Below are positions 1-8,676 of a DNA stretch of 64,000 bases, piece after piece. The stretch lies in the IMG/VR virus record IMGVR_UViG_3300025162_000016, positions 1 through 64,000 of that record, one strand, 5' to 3'. Both the position numbers and the translations under genes were made by a program. The stretch is from a virus. Each line of letters begins with the position of its first letter. Position 1 is the stretch's first letter. The notes below the pieces were generated by a model. The model searched no databases. It was given only the letters and a program-made list of their open reading frames with translations, and was not told the origin of the DNA.

Positions 1-166
1 ATTCTTCACCGGAAAAATATATTAAAACAAGCGATTTATTGACAGAATTTCACTTCGGTTGCAGTTTTAATGTTGACGCAGTGGACACCACCTACTCGTC
101 AACCCACAACTGTTTATTTTATTAGAACTGAAGTTACTATAGCAGAATTTCTATAAATGTCAACAT
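1..166. repeat. Inverted repeat, left arm (partner 6806..6971). It touches the window edge, so true length is unknown
   Basis: Reverse complement of 6806..6971 matches 1..166 with 3 mismatches by manual alignment. Confidence 0.9.
136..163 (-). promoter_or_regulatory. sigma70-like promoter inside the left IR arm, firing leftwards out of the cassette
   Basis: Minus strand reads TTGACA-16nt-TATAGT, mirroring 6809..6836. Confidence 0.4.
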
Positions 167-206
167 TTTTCAATAAAATGTTTGCTCTTTTCTGATACTT
201 ATAAAC

Positions 207-707
207 ATGAAAACAAAATTTATATTTCTTATAATAAGTTTCTTACTGTTGGTAGGATGTAACACCGTTCCTAGTTTTACTTCTAATAATATTCTTAATT
301 TAAGAGTGGTAGATGCTTCTCAAAACATACTGAGAGGTGGTCAACCAGATGCGAAGGGATTTATATATTTGAAATCACTTGGTATAACTAATATTATTAA
401 ACTTAATTTAGAAGATAATGAGGATGCGGAGGCAACTGCATTAGGAATGACGGTGGTTTATATTCCTATTAACACATATGATCAGGTAATTCATTTGGAA
501 AAGTGGAAGTTCGAGGTTGCGGTAATTGCTATAACTCCGAACACTTTCATTCATTGTGCGCATGGACAAGATCGAACTGGGTTGGTTGTAGCGGGATATA
601 GGATGGCGAATGGAATGTCTAAAGCAGATGCAGAAAAAGAAATGCTGGCGAATGGATTTCACAAAGAATTGATTGGGTTATGGGGATTTTTTAAAAAAAT
701 AAATTAA
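207..707 (+). CDS. Lipoprotein, Cys-based (PTP/dual-specificity-like) phosphatase
   Basis: Signal peptide with lipobox LLLVGC. CX5R P-loop HCAHGQDRTG. Confidence 0.6.
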   Translation: MKTKFIFLIISFLLLVGCNTVPSFTSNNILNLRVVDASQNILRGGQPDAKGFIYLKSLGITNIIKLNLEDNEDAEATALGMTVVYIPINTYDQVIHLEKWKFEVAVIAITPNTFIHCAHGQDRTGLVVAGYRMANGMSKADAEKEMLANGFHKELIGLWGFFKKIN

Positions 708-740
708 TGATTTATCTTTTTCTGTTGATATTTAAGATAT

Positions 741-2459
741 ATGACAGAAAAACAATCACTCCCATCAAGCGTTTATAATTGGAAGAGACAAAAGCCAGAT
801 TCTCGTGATTATAAATTTGCAGAAATACCTTCGGTGAAACGATTAAAAGTAACAACTCCACCACCGGTTGTTAATTTACGAAAATGGTGTTCTGAAGTAG
901 AAAATCAAAAATCTTTAGGTAGTTGTTTTACCGGCGATACTTTAATTCCTCTTTTGAATGGAAAGATAGCTACACTGAAAGAACTTACAGATGGGATGTA
1001 TGGGAAAACTTTTTGGGTATATGGAAATAAAAATGGAAGAATGGTTCCTGCGTTAGCATCCGCATCTCTTACACAGTATATCGCACCCATTTATAATGTC
1101 ACATTAGATAATGGGAGAACAATAAAATGTACTGCTGATCATCAGTTTTTGATGCGAGATGGTAATTACAAAAAAGCAATGGAATTAGTATCTGGGGATA
1201 GTTTAATGTCATTTAGAAGAAAATATAATAAATTGGGATATGAGTATGTTTTTTGCCACAGTGACCACAAATATCATCTTACACATTGGTTAGTCGGAAG
1301 TTATATACATGATTATTCTGTTAATAAAAATGGAGTAGAAGTGATACATCATAAGGATTTTATTAAAAATAATAATACTCCGGAAAATTTGGTAGGAATG
1401 ACAATACAAGAACATTCAATATATCAAAATAAAACGGCGGAATGTAAATTAAAACGTTTTATCGCAGCGAAAAATAGATGGAAAGATATAACGCCGGAAG
1501 CTATGAGTCGTGTTGTAGATTCCGCAGAAATACGTTTGGGGGCAGTGGGAACACGAAGTCAGATAGCAAAAACAGCAAACGAGGTATTTCTTAAATGTGG
1601 AAATATTTCTAAAGAACAATGGGAAACGACGGACGTAACAAAACGATTTAAGTTTGAAACGGCGATGAAATATTTTGGAAACCAAGACGAGTTATTGATT
1701 GCTGCACAAAATTATAATCATAAAGTCGTATCGGTCATTAATAGTAATACATCCGAAGATGTTTATTGTCTCACGGTACCAGATACTCAAAATTTTGCAC
1801 TTAATGATGGAGTTTATGTTCATAATTGTACCGGCCAGGCGTGGGTGGGTTTAATGGAGTGGCATGAGAATTTCATGGGAAGAGGAGGAAAGGCATTTCA
1901 AAATCTTAGTCGGTTGTTTGTTTATTATAATGAACGGGAACTTGAAGGAACCATCAATGAGGATGCCGGTGCCGAATTAAGAAGTGGAGCAAAAGCATTG
2001 GCTACGTGGGGGGTTTGTTATGAAAAAAGTTGGCCTTATAACATTGATACTTTCACACAAAAACCAAGTCCAATATGTTATCAGGATGGAGCTATTCATA
2101 AAATTAATAGTTATTATTCTATCAGTACATTTAATCATCTTAAAATGTGTTTGGCAAACAATTTGCCGGTGGTATTTGGATTTATGGTATATTCGAGTTT
2201 TGATTCCGATGTGGTTGCTAAAACCGGTATAGCTTCTATGCCAGATATTAAAAACGAGGAATTGCTGGGGGGACACGCCGCAATGATTGTGGGATATAAT
2301 AATTATGAGAAGCGATTTTTAGTAAGAAATTCGTGGGGGAAAAATTGGGGACTTAAAGGAATTAATGCCGGTTATTTTACGCTTCCCTACGATTATGTGG
2401 CTAATCCCAATCTTGCCAGTGATTTTTGGACGGTGGTTCGTATTGTCGAAGACGCATGA
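741..2459 (+). CDS. Papain-like (C1 family) cysteine peptidase precursor interrupted by an intein
   Basis: Joined exteins give NQKSLGS|CTGQAWV (Gln...Cys active-site block). Downstream GGHAAMIVGY and NSWGKNWG blocks are typical of C1 peptidases. Confidence 0.7.
   Translation: MTEKQSLPSSVYNWKRQKPDSRDYKFAEIPSVKRLKVTTPPPVVNLRKWCSEVENQKSLGSCFTGDTLIPLLNGKIATLKELTDGMYGKTFWVYGNKNGRMVPALASASLTQYIAPIYNVTLDNGRTIKCTADHQFLMRDGNYKKAMELVSGDSLMSFRRKYNKLGYEYVFCHSDHKYHLTHWLVGSYIHDYSVNKNGVEVIHHKDFIKNNNTPENLVGMTIQEHSIYQNKTAECKLKRFIAAKNRWKDITPEAMSRVVDSAEIRLGAVGTRSQIAKTANEVFLKCGNISKEQWETTDVTKRFKFETAMKYFGNQDELLIAAQNYNHKVVSVINSNTSEDVYCLTVPDTQNFALNDGVYVHNCTGQAWVGLMEWHENFMGRGGKAFQNLSRLFVYYNERELEGTINEDAGAELRSGAKALATWGVCYEKSWPYNIDTFTQKPSPICYQDGAIHKINSYYSISTFNHLKMCLANNLPVVFGFMVYSSFDSDVVAKTGIASMPDIKNEELLGGHAAMIVGYNNYEKRFLVRNSWGKNWGLKGINAGYFTLPYDYVANPNLASDFWTVVRIVEDA
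924..1826 (+). mobile_element. Intein (301 aa) with HNH homing-endonuclease domain, inserted at the catalytic Cys of the peptidase
   Basis: Starts CFTGDTLIPL and ends VYVHN followed by Cys+1. Internal HNH motif VIHHKDFIKNNNTPENLVGMTIQEH. Confidence 0.75.
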
Positions 2460-2995
2460 AAATAGCGTTTTATAAAGGAACTAGTTGGTTTAGTAAAGCA
2501 ATCATGCGAATTTCCCGTGGGGGTTATTCTCATGCGGCGGTTCAATTAAACGACGGAACCATTGTTGAAGCGGGTGTAAAAAATGGGGTATGTCTGAGAA
2601 AAAGTTTATTGGACGACGTGGATATTAATACTACGGTCGATGTATTTGATGTTCAAACTACGCCGGAAGAAGATGAAATTATTTGTGATTTCTTGATTCG
2701 ACAAATGGGGAAGGGGTATGATTTCTGGAATATAATTGGGTTTGTATTATATTCATCTAAAGAAGGAAGAAAAGGATATGATCGGTGGTTTTGTAGTGAA
2801 TTGGTAGTGGCGGCTTTTCGACAAGCCGGAATCAATCTACTCACACGAGTTGACGCATGGAAAATATCACCCACGATTTTATCTTATAGTCCTCTCCTAA
2901 AAAGCGGACAGAGAATGCAGATTACAAAAAGTAAACGATTCGGTGGCATAAAACACTCAAATTCAATACATACGACAACTGAAAACTTAGGATAA
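2456..2995 (+). CDS. Permuted papain-fold / NlpC-P60-like hydrolase (His before Cys)
   Basis: GGYSHAAV ... WFCSELVVAAF. The ATG overlaps the upstream TGA (ATGA). The ORF track gives a longer 2426 start. Confidence 0.4.
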   Translation: MKIAFYKGTSWFSKAIMRISRGGYSHAAVQLNDGTIVEAGVKNGVCLRKSLLDDVDINTTVDVFDVQTTPEEDEIICDFLIRQMGKGYDFWNIIGFVLYSSKEGRKGYDRWFCSELVVAAFRQAGINLLTRVDAWKISPTILSYSPLLKSGQRMQITKSKRFGGIKHSNSIHTTTENLG

Positions 2996-3078
2996 TAGTT
3001 TATTTGCGGGCACAAGGACATCATTTTAATGGTTTTTGAATAATTTGAACTATTTATAGGATGAACTATAGATAAAAT

Positions 3079-4470
3079 ATGCATATCATTACACCGTATA
3101 ATCCGTGGGCTCCTAAAAAGAAAAAAACTTGGCAGGAAGAGTTGTGGGAACAGCAAACCATTGCGGAGGCTGAAGCAAGAATGTTAGCAGAAGCTAGTAG
3201 CAGGACATTACCCAATAATTCTCCTAATACTTCAATGGCAACGGTTGGACCAATGGCAAATACTATGGCAGGCGGTGGCGGTAAACCCGTTTATGCATTT
3301 TTTAGCGCCGGTTCAGACGTGGTAAATTTCGATCGGAGTCCTGCTAGTGGAGATGGCCCAGTCACGGTCAATTTTATAAATTTAACTACAACTCCTCAGT
3401 TCGATTCATATAAATGGAGATTTAGTGATAATACTACTAGTACGGATGTAAATCCGGTTCATATATTTCAAAGCGGAAGTACTAATTCAACCATTTATAT
3501 CGCATCGTTGGAAGTAAGTAATTCTGTAACCGGTGCGCCGGGTGGAAGAAGTCCAGATGTTTTTATTGTGGTAGGAGTTCCTAGTGTAACTGCCAGTTAT
3601 ACGTATACAACTACATCCAAGGTAGCGCCTTTCTCGGCGTCGTTTACTAATACTTCGATTAATACAAGTCAAACAAAAACGACTTCGTATGTTTGGATAA
3701 TCAAAAACGACAATAATACATACACGTCTACGGCGACCGATTTTGAGGTTAGAATTGATAGTGGAAGTGTTACCGCATCGCTCGGAATGACTGGATCGTA
3801 TGGATTAACTAGTTTGACTAATTCAATGTTTAAGGCGGCAGCACCCACATTATTAGTATCCTACACCGTGGTCACTTCGTCTAAATATGCTCCCGCTAAT
3901 GTAACGTTATCAAGTTCATATAGCTATACCGGAATCGGAACTCTTAGTGGACTCTGGCGTGAAGGAGAGTATCAGGAAAATGGCACGGAATATGTGGTTG
4001 GATATCCCGGTGCAAAAGTTATTGGGCCGGAAGTTTTCAATACGAAATCGATTTCGGGCGGTGATGGAAAATTCACCTCATCATTAGCAATTACTGAGTC
4101 TATATACGGAATTACCGCTTTCTATACTCAGAGTTTCCAGCTTAAATTGCCAACGTTGGAACTGTCATTCGTCACTCGTTCATTTGGTAACGGTGGAATA
4201 GAGAATTCTTATATGGAGCCGGTTTCAATGTCGTACACTTCGAGTATCGTTACGGAAGGTATGTATGGGGCGAATTACACATTCCTTTGGGATTTCGGTG
4301 CGGCAAGTTTCACAAACTCTCAAGGAGTTTATGCTGGGACTGCAACAACTCAAGGACCGCATTTCCGATCTGATTATGCTCCCGGTTCATACACGGCATC
4401 ACTGGAAGTTACATCGAGCATTTATGGATTGTCGGTGAGATCAACTCAAAGTTTCGTTGTCGGATCTTAA
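3079..4470 (+). CDS. PKD-like repeat protein
   Basis: Repeated modules such as PVTVNFINLTTTPQFDSYKWRFSDNTTSTDVNPVHIF...IASLEVSN. Confidence 0.45.
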   Translation: MHIITPYNPWAPKKKKTWQEELWEQQTIAEAEARMLAEASSRTLPNNSPNTSMATVGPMANTMAGGGGKPVYAFFSAGSDVVNFDRSPASGDGPVTVNFINLTTTPQFDSYKWRFSDNTTSTDVNPVHIFQSGSTNSTIYIASLEVSNSVTGAPGGRSPDVFIVVGVPSVTASYTYTTTSKVAPFSASFTNTSINTSQTKTTSYVWIIKNDNNTYTSTATDFEVRIDSGSVTASLGMTGSYGLTSLTNSMFKAAAPTLLVSYTVVTSSKYAPANVTLSSSYSYTGIGTLSGLWREGEYQENGTEYVVGYPGAKVIGPEVFNTKSISGGDGKFTSSLAITESIYGITAFYTQSFQLKLPTLELSFVTRSFGNGGIENSYMEPVSMSYTSSIVTEGMYGANYTFLWDFGAASFTNSQGVYAGTATTQGPHFRSDYAPGSYTASLEVTSSIYGLSVRSTQSFVVGS

Positions 4471-4498
4471 TTTAAACACTCATTATAAAATCAAAGAC

Positions 4499-4531
4499 AA
4501 GGCGTTAGTAAAATAACGCCTTTTCTTTTTT
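4499..4531 (+). terminator. Rho-independent terminator
   Basis: AAGGCGTTA-gtaaaa-TAACGCCTT followed by a T-rich run. Confidence 0.7.
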
Positions 4532-4550
4532 GTAACATAATCGTAACATA
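4532..4550 (+). promoter_or_regulatory. Pho-box-like direct repeat (GTAACATA x2, 11-bp phasing) upstream of the OMP-pstS pair
   Basis: GTAACATAatcGTAACATA about 50 nt before the ATG at 4602. Confidence 0.4.
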
Positions 4551-4601
4551 GATTCATCAATTTCGTTTGCGGTTCTTCATAGTTATTTGCAAATTAAAAT
4601 T

Positions 4602-5288
4602 ATGATGAAAAATCTAAAAGTATATGTTTATGTCGCCGCCCTGATCATGGTCGGTGTTTTTAATGTTAATGCTCAAACTAATGTTGTATCAACGGGTTCC
4701 ACAAATAAACCTGTACATAAAACATTTAAAACCTTTGATTTGAGTAATTTCGTCTTTACAGTTGAAAACGAGTTCCGTGCTAAAGACACGGGCACCTCCT
4801 TCTTCTATGAACATAATGATATTCAAGCTAAATATCTTTTGATAGACAAATATTTTGATATCTTCACTGATTATCGACTTATTTTTAAAAACAGTGCCGA
4901 AGGTAATAATTGGAAAAATCAAAGTATGTTTCTTGAAGGCTTTAATATAAAATATCCCGAACAAACGTGGGGTAAAATTAACCTCCGTCAACGACTTGAA
5001 ATTGGACTGAACCATGCTCCTACAAAAGACACTTATCAGTGGAATGTGTTTCCCAAATATAATACCCCATGGAAACTTACTAAATATGAAATCAATCCAT
5101 TCGTAGCCGATGAATCCTTCTTTGACACCCAGCAATCTATGGGCTTTGTAAAAAATCGAGTCTATGCTGGTATAGATTATAAGTTTACTCCCAAAATCAA
5201 AGGTGGTACTTGGTACTACTATGAAACCGCTGCTCATTCATCATCAACCGCAAATGTCCTCGTTACCCAGATTAAATTCGAATTTTAA
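4602..5288 (+). CDS. Outer-membrane beta-barrel-like protein
   Basis: Signal peptide ending NVNA|Q, aromatic-rich alternating pattern, C-terminal ...QIKFEF. Confidence 0.4.
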   Translation: MMKNLKVYVYVAALIMVGVFNVNAQTNVVSTGSTNKPVHKTFKTFDLSNFVFTVENEFRAKDTGTSFFYEHNDIQAKYLLIDKYFDIFTDYRLIFKNSAEGNNWKNQSMFLEGFNIKYPEQTWGKINLRQRLEIGLNHAPTKDTYQWNVFPKYNTPWKLTKYEINPFVADESFFDTQQSMGFVKNRVYAGIDYKFTPKIKGGTWYYYETAAHSSSTANVLVTQIKFEF

Positions 5289-5294
5289 ATTAAT

Positions 5295-6170
5295 ATGAAA
5301 TATCTTTTTATAAGTGCTATTCTCAGTCTGTTAATGGTAGGTTGTAATAAATCTAATAACATCGTGACAACCCCAACCACTACCATCCAAGTAAAAGGCT
5401 CAGATACAATGGTTAATCTGGCTCAAGCATGGGCAGAAGAATATGTAAAAACAAATCCTGCCATCAATGTGGAGGTTTGTGGCGGCGGGTCTGGTGTTGG
5501 TATTGCTGCCCTCGAAAAGGGAATCATTGATATAGCGAATAGTAGCCGTAATATGAAACCCGACGAAATTGATGCTACTAAAAAAATAACAGGTAAGTTA
5601 CCAGTGGAGTTCGTAGTCGGTTATGACGCTCTTGGTGTATATGTTCATATTGATAATCCCATTAATGAAATTACCATCGAACAACTCGCCCAAATCTATG
5701 TGGCAAATGGTAAAATTAATAAATGGTCGGATATTGGTATCAAAATTCCCAATGGAGAAGATAACATTGTCCTCGTCAATAGACAATCTAGTTCGGGAAC
5801 ATATGAGTTCTTCAGAGAACATGTTCTAAACAAAAAAGACTTCCGCCTCGGTTCGAGGGATATGAATGGTTCAAAAGAAGTGGTTGAATTAGTTTCATTT
5901 ACAAAAGCCGCTATCGGCTATAGTGGTATGGGGTATAATATACCGGGAAAAGTAAAAATGTTGAAAATAGCTAAAGCTGCCGGTATCCCATCCGTCGAAC
6001 CTACAATGATAAATGCATTAAATAAATCATACCCTCTATCTCGTTCACTATTATGTTATACTCTAGGAGAACCCGCTGGTGAACTGAAAAAATATCTTGA
6101 TTGGTGCGTATCTCCTCCCGGTCAAAAAATAGTAGAACAAACGGGATATGTTCCACTCCCAATTAAATGA
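5295..6170 (+). CDS. pstS: Phosphate-binding lipoprotein PstS
   Basis: Lipobox LLMVGC. GSDTMVNLAQAWAEEY, GGGSGVGIAAL and SSGTYEFF blocks of PstS-type periplasmic binding proteins. Confidence 0.75.
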   Translation: MKYLFISAILSLLMVGCNKSNNIVTTPTTTIQVKGSDTMVNLAQAWAEEYVKTNPAINVEVCGGGSGVGIAALEKGIIDIANSSRNMKPDEIDATKKITGKLPVEFVVGYDALGVYVHIDNPINEITIEQLAQIYVANGKINKWSDIGIKIPNGEDNIVLVNRQSSSGTYEFFREHVLNKKDFRLGSRDMNGSKEVVELVSFTKAAIGYSGMGYNIPGKVKMLKIAKAAGIPSVEPTMINALNKSYPLSRSLLCYTLGEPAGELKKYLDWCVSPPGQKIVEQTGYVPLPIK

Positions 6171-6202
6171 GCGGCAATTATCATTTTGTTTCTATTTATT
6201 TT

Positions 6203-6411
6203 GAAGGAAGCAGAAAACCCATCTGCTTCCAGCGGATGGGATGAATGCGACCCATTGAAAAATAGTTTGATGTTTCTCATTTCTCAAAAATATATATTCT
6301 TGTAGAAAGCAATCTTCGGATTAGCATTCTCAAGGGCTGGAAGAGTCCTATAGAAACTCTAATGTTAGAGACAAGTGGAAACCCACTTGCTTTAGCGGGT
6401 GGGTACTTCAT
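6203..6411 (+). mobile_element. Miniature tnpB-less derivative of the IS200/IS605-type elements at 7490..8709 and 51301..52530
   Basis: LE hairpin CCCATCTGC-ttcca-GCGGATGGG followed by GGGATGAAT. 5' UTR block TTTGATGTTTC..ATTTCTCAA..GTAGAAA matches IS copy 1. RE-like hairpin CCCACTTGC-ttta-GCGGGTGGG at 6382..6403. Confidence 0.6.
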
Positions 6412-6415
6412 AAAT

Positions 6416-6790
6416 ATGATTAAACTAAAAGATATTTTGTTTGAGCTTATTGATAAGAATGCGATATTATATTTAGGATGGGTTAAACGCAATAACCATG
6501 ATGTTATGGGAATGGACATTCAGTCTGGGGAGGATGAGACGCATCATAATTATATGCTCGGATTGCCTCCGGAATGGAGAAATGAATTTGATAGTAATTT
6601 ATTGAGATGGAGATATCGAAAAGATATTAATATTGTCTATTGGTGGGAGTTTGGTAATCCAACCGATGACGAGAAAGAGGCGGTAGAACACTGGATTGAA
6701 AAAAAATTAAATCAAAAAAATCCTTCTCATAAAATTATTCCTACCGATAAAAATAATATGACTTTTTGGAAATCTCATGGAGAAGATTAA
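6416..6790 (+). CDS. Hypothetical protein with MIKLK...L-x-E leader
   Basis: Internal ATG gives MIKLKDILFE, the leader shared with five other ORFs. The ORF track start at 6362 lies inside the mini-element. Confidence 0.5.
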   Translation: MIKLKDILFELIDKNAILYLGWVKRNNHDVMGMDIQSGEDETHHNYMLGLPPEWRNEFDSNLLRWRYRKDINIVYWWEFGNPTDDEKEAVEHWIEKKLNQKNPSHKIIPTDKNNMTFWKSHGED

Positions 6791-6805
6791 CAATGTCAAA
6801 TTTTG

Positions 6806-6971
6806 ATGTTGACATTTATAGAAATTCTGCTATAGTAATTCCAGTTCTAATAAAATAAACAGTTGTGGGTTGACGAGTAGGTGGTGTCCACTGCGTCAAC
6901 ATTAAAACTGCAACCGAAGTGAAATTCTGTCAAAAAATCGCTTGTTTTAATATATTTTTCCGGTGAAGAAT
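6806..6971. repeat. Inverted repeat, right arm (partner 1..166)
   Basis: See the left arm. Contains the long irregular hairpin CAGTT..GTTGACG..GTGGtgtCCAC..CGTCAAC..AACTG. Confidence 0.9.
6809..6836 (+). promoter_or_regulatory. sigma70-like promoter inside the right IR arm, firing rightwards out of the cassette
   Basis: TTGACA-16nt-TATAGT. Confidence 0.45.
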
Positions 6972-7143
6972 ATTAATAAACATAGGTTAATTGACTAACA
7001 AAAAGATGAGAATAGAAATATTCCAGCACGGAGTTTATAGTCCCGAGTGTTTTAAAAACCTAAATTTAGCGAGAATAAATTTCAATAGAACAGGTAACTA
7101 TCTGTGGGTCAATATAGTGTTGACCATAAACAAAAAAAAATAT

Positions 7144-7422
7144 ATGAAAATTCAATCAATCATTTTAGCAGTTTTATTATCTACTAGCACTTTTGCTTTC
7201 GCACAAGATACACCTCAACCTCGCCGACAGGGACCGCCTCCCACCGTTCAATGTGAGGGAATGAAAAACTTAATGAAAGCAATGCAAGATCATAGAAAAA
7301 CATGTGAAGTCTGCAAGACCAATCCTCCTCCGAGAGGAATGTTTGGTCCACGAATGGGCGGTAAACAGGGTCAGGGTCAAGGTAGAGGTCAGGGTAGAGG
7401 TCCGCAGGGTCCGCCTTCTTGA
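7144..7422 (+). CDS. Small secreted Pro/Gly/Gln-rich protein
   Basis: MKIQSIILAVLLSTSTFAFA|Q signal peptide. GQGQGRGQGRG tail. Confidence 0.45.
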   Translation: MKIQSIILAVLLSTSTFAFAQDTPQPRRQGPPPTVQCEGMKNLMKAMQDHRKTCEVCKTNPPPRGMFGPRMGGKQGQGQGRGQGRGPQGPPS

Positions 7423-7595
7423 AAATAAGTTTTAATAGATATTTCGGGATCTGCTCAATTGACATGGGAGTATATTTGAATATTTTAACCTTCCTCCGAA
7501 AGAAATCCCTTTCCTTTAGGTGAGGGATGAATTTCGGAATATAATTAATAATTTTTTGATGTTTCGTATTTCTCAATCATATGTATAAGTAGAAA

Positions 7596-8672
7596 ATGAA
7601 ATTTACTTATAAATATAGAATGTTTCCGACAAAAACCCAACAATCCATTCTAAATGGACAGTTGGAAACTTGTAGATTTCTTTATAATCATTTACTTGAA
7701 ATTAGGAAAAATGCATGGGAAAAAGAAAAAAAATCAATGTCCTGTTATGATACCCAAAATCTAATTCCTAAATTAAAAGAAGAATTTCCTCAACTCAAAT
7801 CTGTTTATTCACAAGTTCTCCAAAACGTAAATGTAAGAATTGATTTAGCATATCAAGGATTTTTTAGAAGATTGAAAAGTAATGAAAAATCTGGATATCC
7901 ACGCTTTAAAGGAAAAGGTAGATATAAATCCATTTGTTATTCACAATATGGAAATGGTTGTAAATTAGAAAAAAATAAATTATCTATTTCTAAAGTAGGA
8001 GATGTTTTCATTAAATTGCATAGACCAATTGAAGGTACACCGAAAACAGTTACTATAATAAAACAACCGACAGGTAAATGGTTCGTTTGTATTTCTTGTC
8101 AAGATGTTTCCAAAAAAATAAAGAATTTTCCCAAAACAAATAAAGAGTGTGGAATTGATGTTGGAATAACTTCGTTTGCTACTTTTGATAATGGTAATAA
8201 AATTGAAAATCCTCATTTTTTTGAAACCGAGGAAAAACAGTTATCAAAAGCACAAAATAAGGAAAAGTGGAAAGCGGTAAAAAGAATACATGAGAGGATT
8301 GGAAATAAGAGACATGAATTTCTTCATAAAATAACGAATGATATTCTTAAACAATATGATTTCATATCTATCGAAGATATTGATGTAAATTCTATTATAA
8401 GAAAAAGATGGAATAAGAAGCGGGTATATGATGTAGCGTGGAGTAATTTTGCAAACATACTTTCTCATAAAGCTGAAAATGCTGATAAGATTGTAGTAAA
8501 AATAAATCCGGCATATACTAGTCAGACATGTAGTGATTGCGGAACGAGAACAGTTATGGAAGAAAAGGATAGAATTTATAATTGTTCTTGTTGTGGGATG
8601 GTAAAAGATAGGGACGTGAATGCTGCAATAAACATTTTGAGATTGGGAACACAATCTCACGTTATTATATAA
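7596..8672 (+). CDS. tnpB: TnpB (IS605 OrfB-type RuvC nuclease)
   Basis: MKFTYKYRMFPTKTQ...LETCRFLYNHLLE N-terminus. GIDVGI, SIEDI, YTSQTCSDCG...CSCCG, DRDVNAAINI. Confidence 0.85.
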   Translation: MKFTYKYRMFPTKTQQSILNGQLETCRFLYNHLLEIRKNAWEKEKKSMSCYDTQNLIPKLKEEFPQLKSVYSQVLQNVNVRIDLAYQGFFRRLKSNEKSGYPRFKGKGRYKSICYSQYGNGCKLEKNKLSISKVGDVFIKLHRPIEGTPKTVTIIKQPTGKWFVCISCQDVSKKIKNFPKTNKECGIDVGITSFATFDNGNKIENPHFFETEEKQLSKAQNKEKWKAVKRIHERIGNKRHEFLHKITNDILKQYDFISIEDIDVNSIIRKRWNKKRVYDVAWSNFANILSHKAENADKIVVKINPAYTSQTCSDCGTRTVMEEKDRIYNCSCCGMVKDRDVNAAINILRLGTQSHVII

Positions 8673-8676
8673 CGAA

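Noticed and set aside
1-166. Terminal inverted repeat as an assembly artefact at a contig start
   Set aside because: The arms differ at 3 positions, and the partner lies 6.6 kb away rather than forming a fold-back, which argues for a real repeat. The coincidence with the window edge means this should still be checked in reads.
4689-5237. 182-aa minus-strand ORF inside the OMP gene
   Set aside because: It is the antisense frame of a gene with a clear signal peptide and a C-terminal Phe. The same reasoning applies to the other minus-strand ORFs nested in long + strand genes, for example 54723..55172 and 34530..34889.
7021-7029. TTCCAGCAC 9-mer identical to part of the CRISPR repeat
   Set aside because: A single 9-mer match is expected by chance in 64 kb on two strands, and there is no flanking similarity.
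7184-7576. 130-aa minus-strand ORF
   Set aside because: It is antisense to the signal-peptide gene at 7144..7422 and runs through the IS left-end hairpin, so it is likely spurious.
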